Assembly: GCA_963675745.2 (NCBI GenBank)
Contig: CAXXWX010000017.1
Coordinates: 58,097-122,096, forward strand
Length of the DNA: 64,000 nucleotides
Source of the DNA: Phycisphaerae bacterium
Lineage (GTDB): Bacteria; Planctomycetota; Phycisphaerae; UBA1845; Fen-1342
Direction: 5' to 3'
Positions within the stretch are counted from its first letter, which is position 1. Each line of letters starts with the position of its first letter. The position numbers and the translations under genes were made by a program. Below are positions 9,536 to 19,980 of this stretch, piece after piece. A model generated the notes under the pieces. It did not search any database. It was not told the DNA's origin and saw nothing but the letters and a program-made list of their open reading frames with translations.

Positions 9536-9915
9536 TACCGATCCGCTTCGATCTGTTCCGACAGCGAGTGCTGCTCGACGCTGCCCCGAGTCGCCCTGGG
9601 CGCGCTTCGGCCCGGCGGCGTTCTCGCGAATCCACTGTTCAAGGTCCTCGGCCACGTCTTGCTCCGTCGGCCGGGCGCTCCGGGAGGCGACGCCAATAGA
9701 AAACGCCGCGCGGGGGTACAGCCCTGCACGGCGTGTCACTTATGGCTTGTCGCACGGCGGTTGAAGGGGGCGCCAGATTGTGGACAAGGTGAGCGAGACT
9801 CGGAGCCGCATCTACCACGAGATTCGCAAGGCGATGGACCCCGCTCCGCGTACTCCTCTGCCCATCGTGGGCGGTCTCGGAACCAATCAAGATCCCGAGG
9901 GTACGCCGCCTTTTT

Positions 9916-11085
9916 TCATCCAGCCATCAACGAAATTCGGTTATAGCTCGCAATTGCCAGGTCATAGTCACTCACTCGGCCCTGGTCAAAAGCCTGACCT
10001 GTCCTGAAGCTCCTTCCCGTCACGGCGCTGCCGCGAAACGCCACTGTTGCATCCTTCGCGCCAACTTCCGTTAGCCCGTCGGTCAACGTCTGCGAAAAGT
10101 CGCTGAATTGCTCCGGGCCACGGAAACCGAAAGGAACTCGGCCTTCGGGCGCGCGTTGTACCGATCGATGGTGATCCACCCCCCGGGCGGCGGCGGCACA
10201 TGTTGCTATACCACCCACCAGACCAAGTTGCTAGACGGAACAGCGCCTGCCAGTACAACCCTTGGGAATACGACGTCGCCGCACCGACAAGCATGAGGCC
10301 CGCCTGAGGATGCCGCCAGGTGCAATCGCCACCCATCCCGGGCTGAGAGCCATGACGAGACCAACAACGAATCCGAACGCGGACCCGTGTTTGAAGCCGG
10401 ACGCGAAGCTCCCGCCGCTAGCAGGCTGTCGACTCCCCCAACATCACCCATAACTGTCGCCGTGACAGTAGCGGTGATCGCAGCACGGATCGCGACTGAA
10501 ATTGTCGTGCTAATGAGCAGGTTCGTGTAGGCTAGGAATTGCCCAGATGGATCCACGGCGTTGACGGGATCTAGATTCGCATATACGTAGGCGTGTCTGG
10601 TGAGCGGATCATAGTCTGTGCCACCGAATGGATCCCGCCCATTGAACCTTCCAACCAGCGGGTCATACTGCCGTGCTCGCAGGTGATACAGCCCACTCTC
10701 GGCGTCGAAGTGCTCGCCGGTGTAGCGGTGGCCGTGGCGAGCGATGATGGGCTAGCGACCGGCAGGCCGGTGTTGGCCAGGTCTTCGCCGAAGGCGTCGT
10801 AGCGGTAGTCCGTGTTGTCGACTGTGCCGGCGTCGTCGGTCAATTGCCGGGTCGAGAGTTGGCCGTCCGTGTGGAAGTAGTGCGTCGCCGGCTCGTCGGG
10901 CGCGACGGCGTCGAGGTTGGATTCCTGCGTGACCAGATCGTCGCCGTAGGTGAAACGCTTGGTCAGCGCATCGTCGGTGAGCGTCCGCGGTTGGCGGGTT
11001 CTGGCCGTCGCCGTCGTCTTCGAACTCGGCGATCACCTGGGCGAAGGGTTGTTGTTTATCCACCAGGAAACGCGTGATTTTCGCC
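9916..11085 (-). pseudogene. Orphan Rhs core plus toxin tip fragment (several frameshifts, truncated at both ends)
   Basis: Across frames: TRFLVDKQQPFAQVIAE / FTYGDDLV..YFHTDGQLSTRQLTD..YRYDAFGE / RYTGEHFDAESGLYHLRARQYDPLVGRF..DP..AYVYANLDPVNAVDPSG, then hydrophobic helices, then FRGSAVTG..SDYDLAI. Confidence 0.85.
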
Positions 11086-11147
11086 AGATCCTGACCCGTG
11101 ATTCCCCCTCGACAAACCTCACCCCCACTCGTATCCTCTCCCCATCA

Positions 11148-11198
11148 GCGCCGCACTTTTCACCCGCCAGGCGCTGCATTTTTCAACCGGCGTTTACA
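11148..11198 (-). mobile_element. Isolated IS21-family-like terminal sequence
   Basis: Minus strand reads TGTAAACGCCGGTTGAAAAATGCAGCGCCTGGCGGGTGAAAAGTGCGGCGC: a 5'-TG end with two tandem internal repeats. No transposase nearby. Confidence 0.55.
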
Positions 11199-11239
11199 CA
11201 GCGAGTTAGGTGCAAAGTGGTGAAAAAAGAGAGAACCGC

Positions 11240-11268
11240 TTGACCGGGCCCAGGTTTCGCATTATTTT
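11240..11268 (+). promoter_or_regulatory. Putative sigma70 promoter upstream of the araA region, followed by an AT-rich possible ROK operator
   Basis: TTGACC (11240-11245), 17 nt, TATTTT (11263-11268), in a locally AT-rich patch (about 11215-11300). Confidence 0.45.
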
Positions 11269-11388
11269 ATTGAAGTAAGTTTAAGAAGTGCCATGCTAAA
11301 TCAGGTTTCACGCCCCGCGTTGTCCGATGGGGCCTGGCAGTGTACTCAGGGTTAGGCACGCTTGGCCGGCACGCGCATCTTGCCTTCG

Positions 11389-11765
11389 GATGATGAAAGC
11401 TGTGGAACGCAGGGCCTGTCCATTCAAAGCGGGCCCCTTGGGGATTCGCGGCCGGCTCCGCGGCCGGTTCGATCGCGTCACTAATTGCGCTGACCTGTGC
11501 CTTGGCCGCCACGGCCAGCGCCGACGTGGTCAGTTGGAATTCGGACTGTTATCCAGCCAACTACTGGGACGGCGACACCGGCGCGCTGTGGAACGTGGCG
11601 GCCAACTGGACGAATGACACGCTGCCTACGTTCACCGGCTCGCGCGTGGCTGCGTTTCCGACGTCAGCGGCGGGACTAGTGTCCATGCCGGAACGTTTGA
11701 CCGTGCGAGACGGCCGGATGGGGCGGCAGGGATTGGATTGTGGCCTTACCGAAGGTGGGCAATGA
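11389..11765 (+). pseudogene. Remnant of a secreted beta-helix/autotransporter-passenger-like protein
   Basis: One frame gives a signal-like SIASLIALTCALAATASA|DVVSW then YWDGDTGALWNVAANWTNDTLP, resembling the N-terminus (FWDEPHGGTFDVATNWSPQSVP) of the protein at 30273-34208. Very short and out of frame with the upstream ATG. Confidence 0.45.
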
Positions 11766-11816
11766 CGGCTCAGTGATTTCCGTTTATTGCCGAGAGGTGT
11801 TGAGGAGTATCTAAAG

Positions 11817-13333
11817 ATGTCCACGCAAAGCGCGCTGGAGTTGTGGTTCGTCACCGGTAGCCAGCACTTGTATGGCGAGGAGACACTCGCCCAAGTGGCC
11901 GAGCATACCGAGGCGTTGGTGAAGGGGTTGTCCAGCGAAGCGCAGTTACCTGTGCGGCTCGTGCCCCAGCCGGTGCTGACTGACGCCGATGCGATTCGCG
12001 GGTTGTGCCACCGGGACGAACGCCGCCGAGCAGTGCGTCGGCCTGGTCTGCTGGATGCACACATTCTCGCCCGCGAAGATGTGGATCGGTGGACTCAGCG
12101 CTCTGCGCAAGCCGCTGGCCCACCTCCATACGCAGTTTCATCGTGACATCCCATGGTCGACGATCGACATGGACTACATGAACCTGCACCAGTCGGCGCA
12201 CGGCGGGCGTGAGTTCGGCCATGTCTGCGCCCGGCTCAATCTGCCGCGCAAGGTCATTGTCGGGCACTGGCAGGACCAGCGCGTCGTCCATGAGATCGAT
12301 GACTGGTCGCGTGTCGCCATCGCCTGGAACGAGATGCAGCATATGAAGATCGCGCGCCTCGGCGACAACATGCGCGATGTCGCGGTCACCGAAGGGGACA
12401 AGGTAGCGGCGCAGATGCAGTTCGGCATCAGCGTCAACGGCTACGGCCTTGGCGAACTTGTGGCGCACATGGAGGCCACCACCAAGCGCCAGATCAATGA
12501 GCTCGTGCAGCAATACGAGAGCCAATACGAAGTCGATGCGCGGCTGGGAGGCAACGGAGCCAAGCGCGGCGCGTTGGTCGAAGCGGCCCGCATCGAGCTG
12601 GGGGCTGCGCGCCTTCCTCGAGGAGGGCGGCTTCACCGCCTTCACCGATACGTTTGAGAACCTCGACGGGCTCGGCCAGCTTCCCGGAATCGCCGTCCAG
12701 CGTCTGATGGCCGAGGGTTACGGTTTCGGGGCTGAGGGCGACTGGAAGACCGCCGCCCTGGTGCGGGCGATGAAGGTGCTCGGCGCCGGGCGGTCCGGGC
12801 GGCGCGTCGTTTCATGGAGGATTACACTTATCACTTTGAGCCGGGCCGCGAGATGGTGCTCGGCGCGCACATGCTTGAAATTTGCCCCCTCGCTGGGCCA
12901 GCCCGCAAGCCGACGCTCGAGGTTCACCCGCTCGGCATCGGCGGGGCGCTCTGATCCAGTGCGACTGCGCTTCGACGCGGCCCCCGGCCGCGCGCTCAAC
13001 GCCGCCCTGATCGAGGTGGGCAACCGTTTCCGCATGCTGGTAAACGAAGTCGAGATCCTCGAGACACCAGAGCCACTGCCGAAGCTGCCGGTCGGCGCGG
13101 CGCTCTGGCAGCCGCAGCCTAATCTTGCGACTGCGGCCGGCGCATGGATTCTCGCGGGCGGCCCGCACCATACGTGTCTGAGTATGGCGGTCAGCACGGC
13201 GCAACTCGTAGACTTCGCCGAGATTGCCGGCGTGGAATTGCTGGTGATCGACGCTGAAACGCGGCTGCGTGACTTCCGTAACGCGCTGCGCTGGAACGAC
13301 GCGGCCTGGTTGACCACGCGCGGTCGCGGCTAG
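11817..13333 (+). CDS. araA: L-arabinose isomerase (several apparent frameshifts at about 12012, 12602 and 12810-12946)
   Basis: [75 protein letters not shown] split over frames; SD GAGGAG before ATG 11817. Confidence 0.93.
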
Positions 13334-13658
13334 CACCCGTTCGTTGCGGCCGGGCCCGCCTCGGCCGTCGACTGAGCGGCTTGCGTGAGTGAAGGTCTGG
13401 ATCGAGGGCCGGACGCAAAGGTGAGTTCTCAACGAGTGGAAGCGCGCCGGGTCAAGGTGACCCCGCGCATTGACATACGTCTGCGATCCGATCGCATTAG
13501 GAGTCGGCGCGGATGCAATTAGCGTTAGCGTCCATCGCGGGTTAGACTTTGCTGGTAAGGTCGGGCAGTCCGTCGCGTCCGCGGTGTCGGATGTGGCCGA
13601 GCAACCCAAGCCGCTGTTGCGGCCTGGCCGTGACCAGTCTGCCCGCTGGAAGAAGAAC

Positions 13659-14837
13659 ATGCACCCGTCCGGACTGCGTCGTGTTACCGAGCGCCGCGTG
13701 GCGCATCTGCTGATGCGCTCGCCCGGGCTGACGCGTCTCGAGGTTTCCCGCCAGACCAGCCTCTCGGTCACCGCCATCGGCAAGATCATCGACGCTTTGG
13801 TAATCGCCGGCGTCGTCGAGAAATTCGCCGCCAAGCCCACGAAGCCCGGCCCGACGCTCGGGCGCCCGGCGGAGTACTTCGCGCTGGCGCGGAGCCGGCC
13901 ACGGCACGTGGCTGTTCAGCTCAATGTCAAGAACACGCAGGTGGCGGCGCTGCCGATCGCCGGTCCGGTCGGCGATATTCAAACGGCCCAGTTCCGCACC
14001 TCGTCCGACTTTAAGGCGTTTGAACGGCGGCTGACCGCGGCTGTCGGCATGTTGGATATTGATGAGCCGCTGGCCGTGCTGGTCAGCGTTCCCGGTGTGG
14101 TTGACGAACAGACCAAACAGGTGCTGTACTCGCCCAACCTGCACTGGAGTGAGGGCACACAGCTTGTCGAGACCATTGAGCGCGCAATTCCGGGGCGCGT
14201 GGTCTTCGTCCAGGAAATTCGCGCGCTCGCGCTGGGCAACCTGGTCCGCTCTGATCCAAACGACAGCTTCCTGATGATCGATACCGGATTCGGTGTCGGC
14301 GGCGCTGTTGTCGTGGATGGTCAGTTGCAGTATGGGCCGCTGCCGCTCTCCGCCGAGATCGGACACACACCGATACACGGTAATCGACGCGTCTGTGGCT
14401 GCGGCGGCGTGGGTTGCCTCGAAACCATCCTTGGTCGCCGTGGTCTGCTCCGCACCGTTCGGGGCCACTTGAATCCGAACGTGCGCACGTGGGCGCAGTT
14501 GGTCAGCGAATTGGCCGGTAAACCGGTGCCCAAGTGTCTGCACGCGACGTTCACCGACACAGCCCGTGTGATTGCCGGGGCGCTCAATACGGCCGGTGTC
14601 GCGAAGATTGTGATTTCGGGCGATCTGGTCGAGCTCGGCGAGAGCGTGATCGAGTATTTGACCGACAAGATCAATTCGCATGCCCTGTGGGGACGGTTTG
14701 GGGCCGTAGGTGTCGAAGCGGTCCCGCGACAACGCTTGCTCGGGCTGGCTCGCGCCGGCCTCGATCGCGCCGTGCTGGAGCCGTCCGCGGCTGAAGAAGC
14801 GCTGGGCAGGCGCGCTCGCGAGATGGGCGCGCAGTAG
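13659..14837 (+). CDS. ROK family transcriptional regulator (start uncertain, possibly GTG 13584)
   Basis: N-terminal HTH (LTRLEVSRQTSLSVTAIGKIIDAL...GRP), VSVPGVVD, GVGGAVV, AEIGH, CGCGGVGCLET. Confidence 0.9.
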   Translation: MHPSGLRRVTERRVAHLLMRSPGLTRLEVSRQTSLSVTAIGKIIDALVIAGVVEKFAAKPTKPGPTLGRPAEYFALARSRPRHVAVQLNVKNTQVAALPIAGPVGDIQTAQFRTSSDFKAFERRLTAAVGMLDIDEPLAVLVSVPGVVDEQTKQVLYSPNLHWSEGTQLVETIERAIPGRVVFVQEIRALALGNLVRSDPNDSFLMIDTGFGVGGAVVVDGQLQYGPLPLSAEIGHTPIHGNRRVCGCGGVGCLETILGRRGLLRTVRGHLNPNVRTWAQLVSELAGKPVPKCLHATFTDTARVIAGALNTAGVAKIVISGDLVELGESVIEYLTDKINSHALWGRFGAVGVEAVPRQRLLGLARAGLDRAVLEPSAAEEALGRRAREMGAQ

Positions 14838-14931
14838 CCACTGACCTCTGCTCAAACGGCCGCGACGCGCGGAGCGGCCGCTTGGGCGACTTCCTGAATA
14901 TCAGACTGCCTGGCTACTTGGAGCACTTGAT

Positions 14932-17316
14932 ATGCGCATGTCCATCTCTGACATCGCCCTGCTAACCGGGGCCCTCCTGATCGCCGTCGGCGTCGCGGCG
15001 GCGTCGGCCGGAGAGAACCTCGTTTCGAATCCGGCGTTTGACGAGATCAACGGCGACCAGCCCCGCGGCTGGGAGACACATACCTGGTTCGGCGAGGGTG
15101 ATTGTGCGCTCGTGGCCGAAGGCCGCGACGGCTCGCACGCCGTCCGCATCTCCTCGACCGGCGGTGGAGACCTCGGCTGGCGGCAGACGGTTGCGGTCAA
15201 ACCCGGCGGTGTGTATCGGCTGAGCGGCTGGATTCGCACCGACAACCTCGAGCCCGGCAGCGGACGCGGCGCTTTGCTCAATGTTCACACGCTGGATGCT
15301 TCCATTACCCGCGCCGTAACCGGCACCAGCGACTGGACCTACGTCGAGAGCGTCTTCCGTAGCGGAACTCGCGACTCAATCACCGTGCATTGCCTGTTTG
15401 GCGGCTGGGGACAATCGACCGGGACCGCGACGTACGACGATATCCGATTGGAAGAGGTCGACTTGAGCAACATCAAGCCCGCAGCCACGATCCACGCCCG
15501 GCGCACGGGCGCGCCGATCGACCCGTTCATCTACGGCCAGTTCATTGAGCATCTGGGGCGCTGCATCTACGGCGGTATCTGGGCCGAGATGCTCGAAGAT
15601 CGCAAGTTCTACTTCCCGATCACCGCCGACTATCGCCCGTATCGCAGCCGGTCCGAGGACCGCGCCATGCGCTTCCCCGTCGTCGCGCGCTCGCCGTGGC
15701 AGATCATGGGCGAAATGGATGGCGTGACCATGGTGGCGGAAGACTCCTTCGTCGGGGAACACACGCCGCGCGTTCAGCCCGGCGCGGCCATTCAGCAAAA
15801 CGACCTTGGCATTGTCGCCGGCGAGAAATATGTCGGCCACGTCTGGCTAAAATCAACCGGCGCCGCCGAGGTGGCCGTGACGCTCAGCAGCGCGAGGGGC
15901 TCGACCCGCATTGTGGACGTCGGCCATGATTACACCCGACACGAGTTTGCGTTCACGGCCGAGGAGTCGACCGACGAAGCCTCGCTGAAGATCGCCGTTG
16001 CGGGCGCTCCGGTGTTCGTCGGCACGGTTTCGCTGATGCCGGCCAACAACGTCCACGGGATGCGGCCCGACACGCTCGCGCTGATCAAGGAGCTCGATTC
16101 GCCGATCTATCGCTGGCCGGGCGGCAACTTCGTCAGCGGCTACGACTGGCGCGACGGCATCGGTGACCGCGATCGCCGCCCGCCACGCAAGAACCCGGCC
16201 TGGACCGGCGTCGAGCACAACGACTTCGGCACCGATGAATTCCTGGTGTTCTGCAAGCTAGTCAACACCGAGCCGCTCATCTCGGTGAACACCGGTTTCG
16301 GCGACAGCTACTCCGCGGCGCAGTGGGTCGAATACTGCAATAGTGGTGCGGACACGATCGGCGGTGGTTGGCGGGTCAAGAACGGCCACGCCGAACCGTA
16401 CGCCGTCAAGTACTGGTGCGTCGGCAACGAGATGTTCGGCAACTGGCAGCTCGGCTACATGCAGCTCCACCACTACGTGGAGAAGCACAACGATGTCGCC
16501 GACAAGATGCACGCAGTTGATCCGGGGCTGGTGCTGATCGGCGTTGGAGCGGCTGGCGAATGGTCGCGCGGCATGCTGCGCTCCTGCGCCAATCACATGG
16601 ACATGATCAGCGAGCACTTCTACTGCGGCGCGGTCGATGACGTGGTGAACCACGTGCAGCAGATACCGAACAGCATCCGCCGCATCGCCGACGCCCATCG
16701 CGCCTACCGCCGTGAGCTGCCCGAGCTCAGCGGCAAGGACATCCGCATCGCGATGGACGAATGGAACTACTGGTATGACCACACGCGCTACGTCTACGGC
16801 GAACTCGGCGTCCGCTATCGCCACCGCGACGCGCTCGGCATCGCCGCCGGCCTGCATGAGTTCTTCCGTAACTCCGACATCATCCGCATGGCCAATTACG
16901 CCCAGACGGTTAACGTCATCGGCTGCATCAAGACCACCAAGACGCAGGCCTTCCTCGCCACAACCGCACCGCCGCTGATCCTGTATCGCACTTACTACGG
17001 TGTCACACCGGTGGAGGTCGAGGGCAACTTCGGCATGTTGGCGCTCGACGTGGCGGCGGCCTGGACGGACCAGCGCAACGCGCTGACGATCGGCGTCGTG
17101 AACCCCAACGACGCGCCGATGACGCTCGCTGTGGATATCGAAGACGCGAATCTCGCGGATAGCGGCACGTTCTGGAGCATCGTGGCCGATGACCCGGACG
17201 TCTACAACGACGAGAACAGCCAGCCGGTCGCCATCAACAAAGACACGTTCACATTCGACGGCAAGCTGCGCGTGCCGGCGTATGCGGTCATGCTCTACCG
17301 GCTGGATTCGAAGTAG
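14932..17316 (+). CDS. Secreted GH51 alpha-L-arabinofuranosidase with N-terminal CBM4/9-like domain
   Basis: Signal peptide; ENLVSNPAFD CBM-like start; IYGQFIEHLGRCIYGG, RWPGGNFVSGYDW, FGTDEF, YWCVGNE, IAMDEWN, MANYAQTVNV. Confidence 0.93.
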   Translation: MRMSISDIALLTGALLIAVGVAAASAGENLVSNPAFDEINGDQPRGWETHTWFGEGDCALVAEGRDGSHAVRISSTGGGDLGWRQTVAVKPGGVYRLSGWIRTDNLEPGSGRGALLNVHTLDASITRAVTGTSDWTYVESVFRSGTRDSITVHCLFGGWGQSTGTATYDDIRLEEVDLSNIKPAATIHARRTGAPIDPFIYGQFIEHLGRCIYGGIWAEMLEDRKFYFPITADYRPYRSRSEDRAMRFPVVARSPWQIMGEMDGVTMVAEDSFVGEHTPRVQPGAAIQQNDLGIVAGEKYVGHVWLKSTGAAEVAVTLSSARGSTRIVDVGHDYTRHEFAFTAEESTDEASLKIAVAGAPVFVGTVSLMPANNVHGMRPDTLALIKELDSPIYRWPGGNFVSGYDWRDGIGDRDRRPPRKNPAWTGVEHNDFGTDEFLVFCKLVNTEPLISVNTGFGDSYSAAQWVEYCNSGADTIGGGWRVKNGHAEPYAVKYWCVGNEMFGNWQLGYMQLHHYVEKHNDVADKMHAVDPGLVLIGVGAAGEWSRGMLRSCANHMDMISEHFYCGAVDDVVNHVQQIPNSIRRIADAHRAYRRELPELSGKDIRIAMDEWNYWYDHTRYVYGELGVRYRHRDALGIAAGLHEFFRNSDIIRMANYAQTVNVIGCIKTTKTQAFLATTAPPLILYRTYYGVTPVEVEGNFGMLALDVAAAWTDQRNALTIGVVNPNDAPMTLAVDIEDANLADSGTFWSIVADDPDVYNDENSQPVAINKDTFTFDGKLRVPAYAVMLYRLDSK

Positions 17317-17325
17317 CGCCAAGTG

Positions 17326-17507
17326 TGTGCCACTGCTCTTGAGCAGTGTTTTTGCCGCTGTTGTAGAGGTGCGGGAACGGATTCCCGCGGGAGTTGGTGC
17401 GAGAAGGGACTCTCGCACCAGCGCGTGCGAGAAGGGATTCTCGCACCAACGCTCCGTTTTCGCACCAGCGTTGGGTGCCATGCCGATGGCTGTTCGCGTC
17501 GGCATGC
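17326..17507. repeat. Cluster of REP-like hairpins (BIME-like); the first may act as a terminator
   Basis: CACTGCTC-TT-GAGCAGTG-TTTTT (17331-17353); GCGGGAA-CGGA-TTCCCGC; TGGTGCGAGA-AGGGAC-TCTCGCACCA (17395-17420); GTGCGAGAA-GGGA-TTCTCGCAC (17425-17446); CATGCCGA...TCGGCATG (17479-17506). Confidence 0.75.
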
Positions 17508-17579
17508 TTTGACGCCGACAGAGTGGCAACCCGCTTGAGTCACCGCAGGCTGTGGTACTCCTACCTCCTGGAGAGAGCG

Positions 17580-19925
17580 ATGCACCTTCAGAGAATCATC
17601 CGGCAGGTGACGCTGGCCACGTGTGTGAGCGGCGTCTTGGTGAGCGGCGTGTTGGCCGAGACACCGGCGTCGGTAACCATCGACCCAACCACCCGCGTCA
17701 CGGCCGCGCCGTTCGCCCTCGGCGATGTGGTCTTGCTCGACGGCCCGTTCCGCGCCGCGCGCGAGCGCGATGCCGCTTACCTGCTGAGCCTCGACCCGGA
17801 TCGTCTGTTCTCGCGCGTCCGCGAGTACGCCGGCCTCGAACCCAAGGCGCCGACCTATGGCGGCTGGGAAGCGATGGGGATATCGAGCCATTCGCTCGGA
17901 CACTACCTTTCGGCGTGCGCGCTGCACTACGCCGCCACCGGCGATGAGCGCTTCAAGCAGAGAGTCGCATACATCGTTGACGAGATGGCCGCCTGCCAAG
18001 CCGCGCACGGCGACGGCTACGTCACCGGCATCCCGCGCGGGCGCGAAATCTTCGCCGAGGTTGCCGCCGGCGAGATTCGCTCGCAGGGTTTCGACCTTAA
18101 CGGCGGCTGGGTGCCGTGGTACACGACGCACAAGCTGCTTGCCGGCCTGCGCGACGCGTATCTCTGCTGCGATCTGGAACCCGCCCGCGCGGTCCTGATC
18201 AAGCTGGCGGACTACTGCTGGTCGGTCATCGATGATCTCGACGATGACCAGATGCAGCGCATGCTGGCGTGTGAGCACGGCGGCATGAACGAAGTTGCCG
18301 CCGACCTGTACGCGCTGACCGGCGAGCAGCGCTACCTTCACATGGCCCGCAAGTTCTATCACAAGGCCGTACTCGAGCCGCTGGCCCGCGGTGAGGACAA
18401 ACTCGCGTTCCTGCACGCCAACACCCAGGTGCCCAAGCTGATCGGCCTCGCCCGGCTCTATGAAGTCACGGGCGAGCCGCGCGATGCCGCCACGGCCCGC
18501 TTTTTCTGGGACCGCGTCGTCCACCACTATTCTTACGTCAACGGCGGCAACAGCTACAACGAGCACTTCGGCGCGCCGGACAAACAGGTCGGCACGCTCC
18601 ACGACACGACGGAAACGTGCAACACGTACAACATGCTCAAGCTCACGCGGCACCTGTTCATGTGGGAGCCGCGCGCGGAACTGATGGACTTCTACGAACG
18701 CGCCCTGCTCAACCACATCCTCGCCCACCAACATCCCGAAACGGGCATGTTCGTCTACAAGGGCTTCCTCGACCCGCTGACGCAAAAGCACTTCAGCACG
18801 CCGTTTGATTCGTTCTGGTGCTGCGTCGGCACGGGTATGGAGAACCACGTCAAGTACGGCGAGAGCATCTACTTCCACACCGCTGACGCCTTATACGTCA
18901 ACCTCTTCATCAGCTCGCGGTTGAAATGGAAAGAGCAGGGACTCACGCTGACGCAGGAAACCGACTGGCCGTTCGGCGGCCGCGTCAAACTGGCCCTGGA
19001 GCTCGTCGAGCCGCGTGAGTTGACACTGAATCTGCGCATCCCTGCGTGGGGCACCGGCGACATCGTGCTCCGAATCAACGGCGATCGGGCCGAAGTTGAC
19101 GCGTTGCCAGGCGCATACGTCGCCCTCAAACGTCAATGGCGCAGCGGCGACGAGGTCACGCTCGAGCTCCCTATGAAGCTCCACGTTGAGGCGATGCCCG
19201 ACGACGAGAGCAAGCTCGCCGTGTTCTACGGGCCAACGCTACTGGCGGCGTTGCTCGATGCCGGGGCTGACGAGGTGCCCGCTTTGGTTGCCGAGCGCGA
19301 AGAACTGCTCGAGCACATCGAGCCGGTGAGCGGTAAACCGTTGCACTTCAGCACGCGTGACGTCGGCCGGCCGCGGGATGTCGAGTTGATCCCGCTGTTC
19401 CAGATCGCCGACCAGCGCTACAGCGTTTACTTCGACTGTCTCGGTGAGGCGCAGTGGGCGGAACTGGAGGCCGAGCGCGCCGCGGAACGCCGCCGGCTGG
19501 CCCAGCTCGAAGCCCGTACGACGGACTACTTCCTGCCCGGACAGATGCAGCCCGAGCGCGAGCACAATCTGACCGGCGAGAATATCCGCAACGGTCGCCA
19601 CAACGGCCGCACCTGGCGCGACGCCGCGGACGGCGGTTGGTTCAGCTTCGAGATGGGCGTCGCGCCCGAGCAGCCGATGACTCTGGTCTGCACCTACTGG
19701 GGTGACGACTCCGGACCGCGCACGTTCGACATTCTCATTGACGGCGAGAAGATCGCGTCGCAGACGCTCAACCGGCCCAAACCCGGCCAATTCACAGATA
19801 TCGAATACCCCGTTCCACCGGCGCTGACGCTGGGCAAACAACGCGTCACCGTGCGCATCCAAGCCCACCCGGGCAACATCGCCGGCGGTCTGTTCGGCTG
19901 CCGCATGCTGCGCCCGAGCGAGTGA
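17580..19925 (+). CDS. Secreted beta-L-arabinofuranosidase (GH127/GH146 type) with C-terminal beta-sandwich
   Basis: Signal peptide; YGGWE, GHYLSA, WVPWYTTHK, EHGGMNE, HANTQVPK, ETCNTYNMLKL, FWCCVGTGMENH. Confidence 0.92.
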   Translation: MHLQRIIRQVTLATCVSGVLVSGVLAETPASVTIDPTTRVTAAPFALGDVVLLDGPFRAARERDAAYLLSLDPDRLFSRVREYAGLEPKAPTYGGWEAMGISSHSLGHYLSACALHYAATGDERFKQRVAYIVDEMAACQAAHGDGYVTGIPRGREIFAEVAAGEIRSQGFDLNGGWVPWYTTHKLLAGLRDAYLCCDLEPARAVLIKLADYCWSVIDDLDDDQMQRMLACEHGGMNEVAADLYALTGEQRYLHMARKFYHKAVLEPLARGEDKLAFLHANTQVPKLIGLARLYEVTGEPRDAATARFFWDRVVHHYSYVNGGNSYNEHFGAPDKQVGTLHDTTETCNTYNMLKLTRHLFMWEPRAELMDFYERALLNHILAHQHPETGMFVYKGFLDPLTQKHFSTPFDSFWCCVGTGMENHVKYGESIYFHTADALYVNLFISSRLKWKEQGLTLTQETDWPFGGRVKLALELVEPRELTLNLRIPAWGTGDIVLRINGDRAEVDALPGAYVALKRQWRSGDEVTLELPMKLHVEAMPDDESKLAVFYGPTLLAALLDAGADEVPALVAEREELLEHIEPVSGKPLHFSTRDVGRPRDVELIPLFQIADQRYSVYFDCLGEAQWAELEAERAAERRRLAQLEARTTDYFLPGQMQPEREHNLTGENIRNGRHNGRTWRDAADGGWFSFEMGVAPEQPMTLVCTYWGDDSGPRTFDILIDGEKIASQTLNRPKPGQFTDIEYPVPPALTLGKQRVTVRIQAHPGNIAGGLFGCRMLRPSE

Positions 19926-19980
19926 GATTACGCTGATGTCGTTGGCGTATCGTTCGCGTAAGTCGGCTCATTCAACGGGC

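Noticed and set aside
9536..9915. Integrative element or immunity gene directly after tRNA-Ser
   Set aside because: No integrase, no duplicated tRNA-Ser 3' end found, and the short ORFs here have no convincing features.
11817..13333. Programmed frameshifting in araA
   Set aside because: Several scattered shifts at short homopolymers in a conserved enzyme; sequencing error is much more likely.
17326..17507. Possible CRISPR array (repeated GTGCGAGAAGGGA..CTCGCACCA)
   Set aside because: Only two full units, nearly abutting, with no spacer-length unique sequences and no cas genes; fits REP-like hairpins.
16258..18878. Long antisense ORFs (16258-17529, 17295-18878; likewise 13542-14855, 20561-21985, 38298-39641)
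   Set aside because: Shadow frames of GC-rich genes with clear motifs on the opposite strand; no recognisable domains.
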